From Patescibacteria group bacterium (lineage in GTDB: Bacteria; Patescibacteriota; Kazan-3B-28; UBA10110), in assembly GCA_041652335.1 (NCBI GenBank), contig JBAZHL010000001.1, positions 1 through 46,851 on the forward strand: DNA of 46,851 nt, in the 5' to 3' direction. Made by a program: the position numbers and the translations under genes. The notes beneath the pieces are model-generated. The model was not told the origin of the DNA, did no database searches, and worked only from the letters and a program-made list of their open reading frames with translations. This document shows positions 1 through 7,635 of the stretch, one piece after another; position 1 is the stretch's first letter, and every line of letters begins with the position of its first letter.

Positions 1-1
1 A

Positions 2-736
2 TACCTCAACAGCGGCCTCATCACCGAGGACGGCTTCTATAGTGATAACATCATCAATGATGATGAGGTTAGCGGTTCCCCCATCAATACTCAGGCCGGC
101 AGCAACCCAAACGATTTTGACGAAGATGGCATCCCCAACGCCACCGATCCCGATCCTTACAACCCGGATACCGACGGCGACGGCTTAGCCGATGGACAGG
201 ATCCAGCTCCAGTGGATCCCACTGTGGGACAAACTGCTACCCCCATCCCCACCCCGCCAGTCGATACTAAAAAAGTGGGTGAACTGAAAGTGGGCGATTT
301 CTACACCAACGTTCGTAACCTTGGTCGAGGTGCCACCCAATGGGCCACCCACACCGAATCACGCCCCGGCGACCAGATCGCATTTATTATCTACGCCGAA
401 CTGACCAACACCAGCGATTACGTTACTTATGAGGCCATTATTACCGATCGGCTACAATCAACCCACTTAGAATACAGCGGCTCGGCTACCGTCGAGATCA
501 ATCACAGCCTGCCTCAAACTCTCGCGGGCGATAGTTGGATGAACGGCTACACTATTAAGGTCCCGGCCGGACAGACTAAGATCGTGGAGATTCGCTTTAC
601 CGCCACCGCGGAGTTGGACCAACCCAATCAAGTGGTAGTCGATACTAATTTCGCTTGGGTAGATACCGACAGCAACAATGATCGGAAAACTGACGTCGCA
701 TTTGTTACGATTGATTCGTACCCATTAACTAATTAA
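2..736 (+). CDS. Surface/secreted protein, C-terminal fragment (5' end outside window): Asp-rich calcium-binding (thrombospondin type 3-like) repeats plus a DUF11/CARDB-like beta domain
   Basis: Frame 2 is open from the window edge to the TAA at 734-736; the track ORF at 212 starts at an internal GTG. My translation of 2-211 gives ...DEDGIPNATDPDPYNPDTDGDGLADGQDPAP..., a DxDxDGxxD repeat pattern. The C-terminal ~170 aa are beta-rich, and PGDQIAFIIYAELTNTS...ITDRL resembles DUF11-type repeat domains. Confidence 0.6.
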   Translation, partial: YLNSGLITEDGFYSDNIINDDEVSGSPINTQAGSNPNDFDEDGIPNATDPDPYNPDTDGDGLADGQDPAPVDPTVGQTATPIPTPPVDTKKVGELKVGDFYTNVRNLGRGATQWATHTESRPGDQIAFIIYAELTNTSDYVTYEAIITDRLQSTHLEYSGSATVEINHSLPQTLAGDSWMNGYTIKVPAGQTKIVEIRFTATAELDQPNQVVVDTNFAWVDTDSNNDRKTDVAFVTIDSYPLTN

Positions 737-739
737 TCA

Positions 740-2449
740 ATGGCTCCCCGCAAATCCCCCTCCAATCAGACCCCTGCCCCCGATCCCGAGAACGCTCCGA
801 TCGGCAAGATCGTTAGCGATATCCAGCGGAAGTCCGAAGAAGAGCAGACCCAAAAAACAGCCGCCAGCTTGGGGTTGCCTTATCTAAATTTGGTCAACTT
901 CCAGCCCGAACCTGGCGTGGTGGAGATCGTTCCCAAAGAATTGGTAGAAAGTGGTGGCGTCTTTGCTTTTAAAAAGGAGGGACAGAAGATCCATTTAGCC
1001 ATTACCGATCCGCGGAGACCAGCCACTTTAGCCGCTCTGCAACAGTTAGAAGCAATGGACGAGTACGAGTTTGTCCCAGCTTTAGTCTCCGAGTCCAGTC
1101 TTAAATATTTAGCCGCGTTATACGATATTTTTGCTCCTAAACAGGTGGTCAGAGAAGATATCCACCTGACTACCGATCAACAAAAACAGGCATTAGACAC
1201 TATCCAAAATTGGAGCTCTTTGGGGGATGAGGCAAAACGCTTAGCCATTAGTAACCTGTTCGAGACACTACTCTCTGGTGCCACTTATCTCAACGCCTCA
1301 GATATTCATATCGAGCCAACCAAAGACAGTGTTCATCTCCGCTTCCGGGTAGATGGCGTGTTAAACGATATGGCCGATCTACCTCACGAGCTACTGCGCA
1401 ATATTGTCTCCCGGGTTAAATTATTGGCGAGTCTAAAACTAAACATTACCGACTCTGCCCAAGACGGTCGCTTTAGCATCAAGGCTGGCGACGCCGATTA
1501 CGACCTTCGCGTTTCTATTCTGCCGACCGCGTACGGTGAATCGGTAGTACTACGACTGCTCCCTCAATCTGGAAGTAAATTTATCAGCCTAACTAAACTG
1601 GGCCTAACCGGACATAATGCCGAGATAATCGAGGGTGTCATCCGCCAACCTAACGGGCTTATCCTGAACACCGGTCCCACTGGCTCTGGTAAAACCACTA
1701 CCCTCTACGCCGTGTTGGCCGAGATCAACGAGCCTGGTAAAAAAATTATCACCATCGAAGACCCGATCGAGTATCGCTTGGCCGGTATTACCCAAAGTCA
1801 GGTTAATGTGGACGAAGGCTATACCTTTGCCAATGGATTAAAATCTATTCTTCGTCAGGATCCCGATGTGGTGTTAGTGGGAGAGATCCGCGACAACGAT
1901 ACGGCAGCAGTGGCTATTAACGCCTCGCTCACTGGTCACTTGGTACTATCCACTCTGCACACCAATGATGCGGCTGGAGCGATCCCTCGTTTGGGCGATC
2001 TGGGATTAAAACCAGAATATTTCATCGAAGCGATTTTGGCGATCATCGCCCAAAGACTGGTTCGCCGGATCTGCCCCGACTGTGCCGAAGACTCCGCTCC
2101 CACCAATGAGGAGTTGGCGATCATTAATCAGGAGTTAGCCGCCTGGCCAGCTAATATTGAAAAACCGACAGCGCCTAACACAATTAAGCGTATCCATGCG
2201 GACAAAGCCAAGAGCTGCTCAAGCTGCAATGGCACAGGTTATAAAGGTCAGATCGGTATCTTCGAAGTATTACAGCCCAACGACGCCATCATTAAATCGG
2301 TGTTAGCCAAATCAACCACCGGAGAGATCCAACGTTTGGCTGTTGAGTCCGGGATGGTTACCCTAAAACAGGATGGGATCCTTAAGGTTATCGCCGGTGT
2401 TACCACTTTGGATGAGGTAGAACGGGTAACCGGCGAAGCGACCGTCTAA
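740..2449 (+). CDS. pilB: Type II/IV secretion ATPase, PilB/GspE family (type IV pilus assembly ATPase)
   Basis: Walker A GPTGSGKTTT, Asp box and Walker B (VLVGEIRD), His box (GHLVLSTLHTNDA), and a C-terminal tetracysteine CPDC...CSSC. The N-terminal T2SSE_N-like region contains LGLPYLNL. Confidence 0.9.
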   Translation: MAPRKSPSNQTPAPDPENAPIGKIVSDIQRKSEEEQTQKTAASLGLPYLNLVNFQPEPGVVEIVPKELVESGGVFAFKKEGQKIHLAITDPRRPATLAALQQLEAMDEYEFVPALVSESSLKYLAALYDIFAPKQVVREDIHLTTDQQKQALDTIQNWSSLGDEAKRLAISNLFETLLSGATYLNASDIHIEPTKDSVHLRFRVDGVLNDMADLPHELLRNIVSRVKLLASLKLNITDSAQDGRFSIKAGDADYDLRVSILPTAYGESVVLRLLPQSGSKFISLTKLGLTGHNAEIIEGVIRQPNGLILNTGPTGSGKTTTLYAVLAEINEPGKKIITIEDPIEYRLAGITQSQVNVDEGYTFANGLKSILRQDPDVVLVGEIRDNDTAAVAINASLTGHLVLSTLHTNDAAGAIPRLGDLGLKPEYFIEAILAIIAQRLVRRICPDCAEDSAPTNEELAIINQELAAWPANIEKPTAPNTIKRIHADKAKSCSSCNGTGYKGQIGIFEVLQPNDAIIKSVLAKSTTGEIQRLAVESGMVTLKQDGILKVIAGVTTLDEVERVTGEATV

Positions 2450-2460
2450 CCCCCCTCCCT

Positions 2461-2606
2461 GTCATTGCGAGCGAGGGCGAAGCAATCTCTGAGATTGCCA
2501 CGGGCTAAAGCCCTCGCAATGACAATTTGTCATTCCCGCGACTTGCCTGCCACGAGTAGAGACGGGAAGCCGCCGCCCCCTCGTCATTCCTGCGCAGGCA
2601 GGAATC
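2461..2606. repeat. Cluster of three GTCATT-type palindromic repeat units (REP/MITE-like)
   Basis: The first unit (2461-2523) is gtcattgcgag...ctcgcaatgac with 11-nt terminal inverted repeats. The second (2529-~2570) is a gtcattcccgcg... unit. The third (2583-2606) is gtcattcctgcgcaggcaggaatc, with hairpin attcctgc/gcaggaat. The same family recurs at 11252, 14901, 16537-16670 and 43370. Confidence 0.8.
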
Positions 2607-2688
2607 TATTTGATCGGCTATTTAAGGTATAATTAAATCGTTAGGAGGTGATGCCGCTTAGGGAAGTGGCCATAACCTTCTTTTTTGT

Positions 2689-3390
2689 ATGCCAAAACCG
2701 CTCCATCTGATATTTTTCTTTCTTATCTTAGGCGTTATCTACGCTGAGTTTTTGCCAACTCTTAGATCAGAACAAAACAGCATCGCCTACTCCAAAGATG
2801 AACCCTTTACCCAGAGCGAACTGATCCTGTCTTGGCTAAAACGTAGCTCTAACTCCACCGCCACTAACGCGGCGGTGGCTGGCGAGCAAGACTTCCTTAG
2901 CGACATCGCCATCCCCACCAACTTAGGTTCCGTCGCTGGAGATACCACCAGCTCACTCTCTTATAATTACATCGCTCCTCGCACCACCGTTAACCCAACC
3001 ACTGGTTACACCAGCCCATCGACATCACCCGTGCCCACCCAGGATCAACCATTTATTGGGAGCGTTATCCCGCCGTCCGGCACCCCCCTATTCGAAGCTT
3101 ACGCCAAGGGCGGATACGCTTGGTATGACGAGAACGATAACGTTATCGTGATGATGGCCGATGGCACCTTGCACAGCTTTTTAAAATCGGACGGCTCAGA
3201 AACCAATTGGCAGCAAGACCGTTTGGCTTACGATCCGATCAGCTCCGCCAATGCCTTAGCAAACTACTTAACCAACTATAACGGCAAAGTCGTAGCCGAA
3301 ACCGCCACCTGGGCTTTTGTTAAGTTCCCGTCCGGCGGCTTTCTTAAAATCGCCAAATCAAACGGTGGGCAGTTCTTGAGTCAGCAGTAG
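2689..3390 (+). CDS. Hypothetical membrane-anchored or secreted protein
   Basis: ORF with an N-terminal hydrophobic segment (LHLIFFFLILGVIYAEF) followed by a Ser/Thr/Pro-rich linker. I recognise no family. The 3' end overlaps convergent valS by 33 nt. Confidence 0.5.
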   Translation: MPKPLHLIFFFLILGVIYAEFLPTLRSEQNSIAYSKDEPFTQSELILSWLKRSSNSTATNAAVAGEQDFLSDIAIPTNLGSVAGDTTSSLSYNYIAPRTTVNPTTGYTSPSTSPVPTQDQPFIGSVIPPSGTPLFEAYAKGGYAWYDENDNVIVMMADGTLHSFLKSDGSETNWQQDRLAYDPISSANALANYLTNYNGKVVAETATWAFVKFPSGGFLKIAKSNGGQFLSQQ

Positions 3391-5487
3391 GCCCTCATCT
3401 TCGTACAGGGTCTGCCACACTGCTTCCGTCACAAACGGCACAAACGGATGTAACAGTTTTAGACTGTTTTTTAGAATATGGCCTAACACTGCGGTGGCCG
3501 CCTCCGCCCGCTCTCCGTCCAGTTGCGTCTTATATTCTTCGATCAGCTTGTCGCAGAAGGTGTGCCAAAAATAATCATAGAGTTGCTCGCCAGCTTGACC
3601 CAACTGGTACTTGTCCATCATCCCGATCACTTCTTTTGTCTTCTGGCCGAACTCAGATAGAACCTCTTTATCGCGATCATTTAAATTGGCAGTGGCGATA
3701 TCCCCACCTGTTCCTTTTAATGTAACAAAGCGGGCGGCGTTCCAGATCTTATTGGCAAAGTTGCGATAAGCCCTAATCTTATCTTCATCCACGTGGGTAT
3801 CCTGACCAGCTGCTGTACCCATCATTAAACCCATCCGCAAAGCATCGGTACCATACTTGTCGATCATCTCGATCGGGTCGATCACATTACCTTTAGATTT
3901 AGAGATCTTTTGATTTTCTTTATCGCGCACGATCCCATTAAGGTAGACCAGCTCAAACGGAATTTTGCCAGTGCAGTAGAGCCCAAACATGATCATCCGA
4001 GCTACCCAGAAAAAGATGATCTCATGCCCCGTCTCCATCACGGTAGTGGGGTAAAAATATTTAAAATCTGGCGTATTGTCGGGCCAGCCCAAAGTGGTAA
4101 ACGGCCATAAACCAGAAGAAAACCAAGTATCCAAGGTGTCCGGGTCTTGTTCCACCTCGCCCCCCAACGCCTTGGCGGCCTCACCCTCGTTCTCCGCTAC
4201 CGCAAATTTACTGTGGTCTGTTTTAAGATAATAAACCGGTATGCGATGCCCCCACCATAGTTGCCGACTAATATTCCAATCCCGGATATTCTCCATCCAG
4301 TTGAGATAGGTCTTTTCAAATCGCTCCGGAATAAATTTGATCTGGCCGGTTTTAACCGCTTCGATCGCAGGCTTAGCCAACGGAGCGATCTTTACAAACC
4401 ATTGCTGGGAGATCAGCGGCTCCACTACCGTTTTGCATCTTTCGCAATGGCCAATATTATGAGGATATTTCACCTCTTTTTCGATCAAATTCTGTTCTTT
4501 AAGATCGGCCAATACTTTATCGCGCGCTGCATTGATCTTAAGTCCGGCATACTCACTCCCGGCTGCTTCCGTCATCTTATAATCTTGCCCAATCACCGAG
4601 ATGATCGGCAATTTGTGGCGCTGACCGATCTCAAAATCAGTTGGATCGTGTGCCGGAGTAACCTTGACCGCCCCAGTCCCAAACTCTTTATCGACCGCCT
4701 CATCCGCCACGATCGGGATCTCTCTATCAGTTAGCGGCAACTTAAGCATCTGGCCAACTAACTTGCTATAACGCTTATCGTCCGGGTTCACCGCTACCGC
4801 CGTATCCCCCAACATCGTTTCCGGACGAGTAGTAGCTACGGTGACAAACCCCGACCCATCACTTAACGGATACTTTATATAAGTCAGCTGACCCTCAACC
4901 TCTTTATGCTCTACCTCTAAATCCGATAGACCAGTGGCACATCGCGGGCACCAGTTAATGATCCGTTCGCCCTGGTAGATCAGCCCTTCGTCGTACATCT
5001 TTTTAAACGTGTGGTAGACCGCCGCGCTTAACGAAGGATCGAGCGTAAACTTGTTACGCGTCCAATCACAACTGGCTCCTAAACGCCGCAGTTGTTCCTC
5101 CATAATCCCCCGTTTACCTAAGACAAACTCCCGGAGGCGATCCACAAACTTTTCGCGACCCAAATCGTAGCGAGTTTTATCTTCGTCCTTTTTTAAGATC
5201 TTCTCAAAAAATACTTGGCTGGCGATCCCAGCGTGATCTGCGCCCGGCAGCCATAGTGTCGGCTCCCCTTTCATCCGATGATAGCGCACCATCACATCTT
5301 CCAACGTGACAAATAGCGCATGCCCAATATGCAGCCGATCATAGGCGTTGGGCGGCGGCATAATAATGGTGTAGGGCTGTTTAGCTTTATCGATCTTGGG
5401 CGTAAACCCACCTGAACTCTCCCACTGTTCGTAGATCTTTTTCTCCCACACTTTGGGATCAAATGTTTTAGGCGTTTCGGGTTTCAT
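3358..5487 (-). CDS. valS: Valine--tRNA ligase (short form, no C-terminal coiled coil)
   Basis: HIGH region PPPNAYDRLHIGHA, LWLPGADHAGIASQ, KMSKS as KISKSKGN, and a class Ia editing-domain region. At 709 aa it is about 170-240 aa shorter than typical ValRS. Confidence 0.9.
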   Translation of the reverse strand: MKPETPKTFDPKVWEKKIYEQWESSGGFTPKIDKAKQPYTIIMPPPNAYDRLHIGHALFVTLEDVMVRYHRMKGEPTLWLPGADHAGIASQVFFEKILKKDEDKTRYDLGREKFVDRLREFVLGKRGIMEEQLRRLGASCDWTRNKFTLDPSLSAAVYHTFKKMYDEGLIYQGERIINWCPRCATGLSDLEVEHKEVEGQLTYIKYPLSDGSGFVTVATTRPETMLGDTAVAVNPDDKRYSKLVGQMLKLPLTDREIPIVADEAVDKEFGTGAVKVTPAHDPTDFEIGQRHKLPIISVIGQDYKMTEAAGSEYAGLKINAARDKVLADLKEQNLIEKEVKYPHNIGHCERCKTVVEPLISQQWFVKIAPLAKPAIEAVKTGQIKFIPERFEKTYLNWMENIRDWNISRQLWWGHRIPVYYLKTDHSKFAVAENEGEAAKALGGEVEQDPDTLDTWFSSGLWPFTTLGWPDNTPDFKYFYPTTVMETGHEIIFFWVARMIMFGLYCTGKIPFELVYLNGIVRDKENQKISKSKGNVIDPIEMIDKYGTDALRMGLMMGTAAGQDTHVDEDKIRAYRNFANKIWNAARFVTLKGTGGDIATANLNDRDKEVLSEFGQKTKEVIGMMDKYQLGQAGEQLYDYFWHTFCDKLIEEYKTQLDGERAEAATAVLGHILKNSLKLLHPFVPFVTEAVWQTLYEDEGLLLTQELPTV

Positions 5488-6466
5488 ACTTTAGCTTCCA
5501 ACTGTTAGTCTTAACCTCCACATTATACCACCCACGTTTGTCTGCCTTACCCAAAAAATATGCTGCCAGAGCCACCATCGCTGCATTATCCATACAATAT
5601 TTAAATTCCGGAATGTAATAAGGCAGCTTAAATTTGCTGGCGACCTGGCCCAACTTTTCGCGCAATACTTTATTGGCCGCTACCCCACCAGCTAACAACA
5701 AAGCTTTTGGTTGGTACTTTTTAATCGCTCGAGTTACTTTAGTGGTTAGCACGTCCTTTACCGCTTCCTGGAATTCGTAGGCTAACTCAGCCTTCTTGGC
5801 TGGTTTAGCTACTCGACCCAACGCCGTTTTTAATCCAGAAAAGCTCATATCCAAACCCTTCTCTAACATCGGCCGAGGCAGTGGGTCGATCCTGCCTTGG
5901 CGAGCTGCCTTAGCGATAGCTGGTCCGCCTGGATAACCTAAGCCTAACAACTTGGCTGCCTTATCAAACGCCTCGCCCGCCGCATCATCTAAAGTAGCAC
6001 CCACCACTATCAAATTGGTCTTACTTTTTATTAGCACTAATTCGGTGTGCCCTCCGCTCACGATCAAAGCCAACATCGGGAATTTGGCGGGAAACTTTCG
6101 CTCAATAAAATTACTATAGATATGCGCCGATAAATGATCTACTTCTATCAACGGTTTCTGCCAAAGATAGCTTAGTGCCTTGGCCGTGTTTACCCCCACC
6201 AACAACGACCCAGATAACCCCGGCCCGCTCGTTACTGCAATGGCATCAATCCGGCCGATCCCGATCTTAGCCTGACCTAACAGTTGATCGATCAGCGGCA
6301 GAATGTTTTCCAAATGTTTACGAGAGGCCACCTCGGGTACTACCCCGCCAAACTTACGGTGAAGATTAACCTGCGAAGACACTAAAGAGCCTAAAACCTC
6401 CCGGCCATTTTTGACGAGAGCCACGGCCGTATCATCACAGCTACTTTCGATTCCCAAAATTATCAT
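5468..6466 (-). CDS. tsaD: tRNA N6-adenosine threonylcarbamoyltransferase TsaD (Kae1/Gcp family)
   Basis: MIILGIESSCDDTAVALV..., SGGHTELV and GYPGGP motifs. I place the start at the internal ATG (6466) because the family N-terminus begins at ILGIESSCDDT, and the longer track ORF would run into the divergent femX-like gene. Confidence 0.9.
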   Translation of the reverse strand: MIILGIESSCDDTAVALVKNGREVLGSLVSSQVNLHRKFGGVVPEVASRKHLENILPLIDQLLGQAKIGIGRIDAIAVTSGPGLSGSLLVGVNTAKALSYLWQKPLIEVDHLSAHIYSNFIERKFPAKFPMLALIVSGGHTELVLIKSKTNLIVVGATLDDAAGEAFDKAAKLLGLGYPGGPAIAKAARQGRIDPLPRPMLEKGLDMSFSGLKTALGRVAKPAKKAELAYEFQEAVKDVLTTKVTRAIKKYQPKALLLAGGVAANKVLREKLGQVASKFKLPYYIPEFKYCMDNAAMVALAAYFLGKADKRGWYNVEVKTNSWKLKYETRNA

Positions 6467-6509
6467 CAAATAAAATATATCACACCCGTAGCGGAAAATT
6501 GAGCGCGCT

Positions 6510-6518
6510 TGGTATAAT
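6510..6518 (+). promoter_or_regulatory. Extended -10 like element (TGgTATAAT) 9 nt upstream of the FemAB-family ATG
   Basis: ttGGTATAAT lies at 6510-6518 and the ATG at 6528. There is no Shine-Dalgarno sequence between them, which suggests a near-leaderless transcript. This is motif evidence only. Confidence 0.3.
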
Positions 6519-6527
6519 ACGTATGAT

Positions 6528-7550
6528 ATGAAACTCCATACTAATACCAATTTCGACCCCCAGGGCTGGGATCAGTTTATCCTTCGCCACCCCGAGGGCA
6601 ACCTGCTCCAAAGCTGGGCTTGGGGCGAATTTCAGGAGACTTTAGGCAACCCCGTCTGGCGGCTCCAAGTAATTGGCAGCGACGACGAGGTGCTGGCTCA
6701 ACTCCTGGCGCTCAAGCTTAGTTTGGGCTTTGGCAAATTTATTATCTACACTCCGCGGGAGGTGCTGATCAACAGTTCCGCCCCCATCCAACATCAACGA
6801 GACGCCATGGAGTTGATCGTAAAAAAAATGAAAGAGATTGGCCGGGTAGAACGGGCGATTTTGTGGCGCACCGACCCTCCCCTCAAAAATGGGGACACCA
6901 CCGCGTTATCCATCTATAAAGCTTTGGGATTTATTCGCAGCAAAAAATCGATCCAACCTCAGATCAATTGGGTATTGGATATCACCGCCGGTGCCAATAA
7001 TCTGCTAACCGCGATGAAACCTAAAACTCGCTACAATATCCGCTTAGCAGAAAAGAAAGGGGTTAGAGTAGTTGTTTCTAAAAACTTAGAAGATATCCGG
7101 ATCTTTAATCAGCTAAACAAAGACACCGCCACTCGCGACGGCTTTACCCCGCATAGCGACGGTTACTATAAGAAACAACTTGAGACATTGGGGAAAAACG
7201 GCGAACTCGAACTATTGATCGCCTACCTCGAACAGACGCCGATCGCCGCTATTTTGGTATCCTTCTTTGGTAATAAGGCTACCTACTTACATGGCGCTTC
7301 CAGCAACGAATACAGAGAGGCAATGGCCAACCACGCTATCCAATGGACAGCTATTCAGACCGCCCAAGTTAGGGGCTGCGCCACTTACGATTTTGGCGGG
7401 ATCGATCTGGATGGGACTCACCCCAGCTGGACTGGCATCACCAGATTTAAACAAGGATTTGGAGGACATGCAGTAGAATATGTAGGCGTCTTAGAGCTTC
7501 CGCTCTCTCGTCTGTGGTATCGCTTCTACAAGATATTGCGAGGCAACTAA
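6528..7550 (+). CDS. FemAB-family peptidoglycan interpeptide-bridge aminoacyltransferase (FemX-like)
   Basis: About 340 aa with NLLQSWAWGEF and KPKTRYNIRLAEKKGV, a C-terminal YLHGASS...HAIQW, and the GGI..F..GFGG pattern typical of FemAB/lipid II aminoacyl transferases. Confidence 0.8.
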   Translation: MKLHTNTNFDPQGWDQFILRHPEGNLLQSWAWGEFQETLGNPVWRLQVIGSDDEVLAQLLALKLSLGFGKFIIYTPREVLINSSAPIQHQRDAMELIVKKMKEIGRVERAILWRTDPPLKNGDTTALSIYKALGFIRSKKSIQPQINWVLDITAGANNLLTAMKPKTRYNIRLAEKKGVRVVVSKNLEDIRIFNQLNKDTATRDGFTPHSDGYYKKQLETLGKNGELELLIAYLEQTPIAAILVSFFGNKATYLHGASSNEYREAMANHAIQWTAIQTAQVRGCATYDFGGIDLDGTHPSWTGITRFKQGFGGHAVEYVGVLELPLSRLWYRFYKILRGN

Positions 7551-7554
7551 CTCG

Positions 7555-7635
7555 TCCCGTTAGAAATCACTTACCGGGACAATCAACTTAACCCAACGCA
7601 AATGAATATATACGCTAAGTAGATTTCTAACGGGA
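7555..7635. repeat. Inverted-repeat element with CCGTTAGAA core (14-nt perfect arms, ~53-nt spacer) abutting the murE start codon
   Basis: tcccgttagaaatc (7555-7568) pairs with gatttctaacggga (7622-7635). The murE ATG starts at 7636. A related element is at 20530-20652. Confidence 0.7.

Noticed and set aside
2651-2710. 19-codon mini-ORF (MPLREVAITFFFVCQNRSI) after AGGAGG, overlapping the start of the 233-aa ORF in another frame; possible uORF or a T-run frameshift
   Set aside because: The AGGAGG-to-ATG spacing is only 2 nt. The link to the downstream frame would need an extra T in the T6 run. Nothing in the sequence alone supports either a leader peptide or a sequencing error.
3910-4734. Plus-strand ORFs (66 and 157 aa) inside valS
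   Set aside because: They are antisense to a motif-complete ValRS, have a low-complexity composition, and lack start context.
6467-6550. 28-codon N-terminal extension of tsaD
   Set aside because: The family N-terminus is M-I-I-L-G-I-E-S-S-C-D-D. The extension would overlap the divergent FemAB-family start and promoter region.
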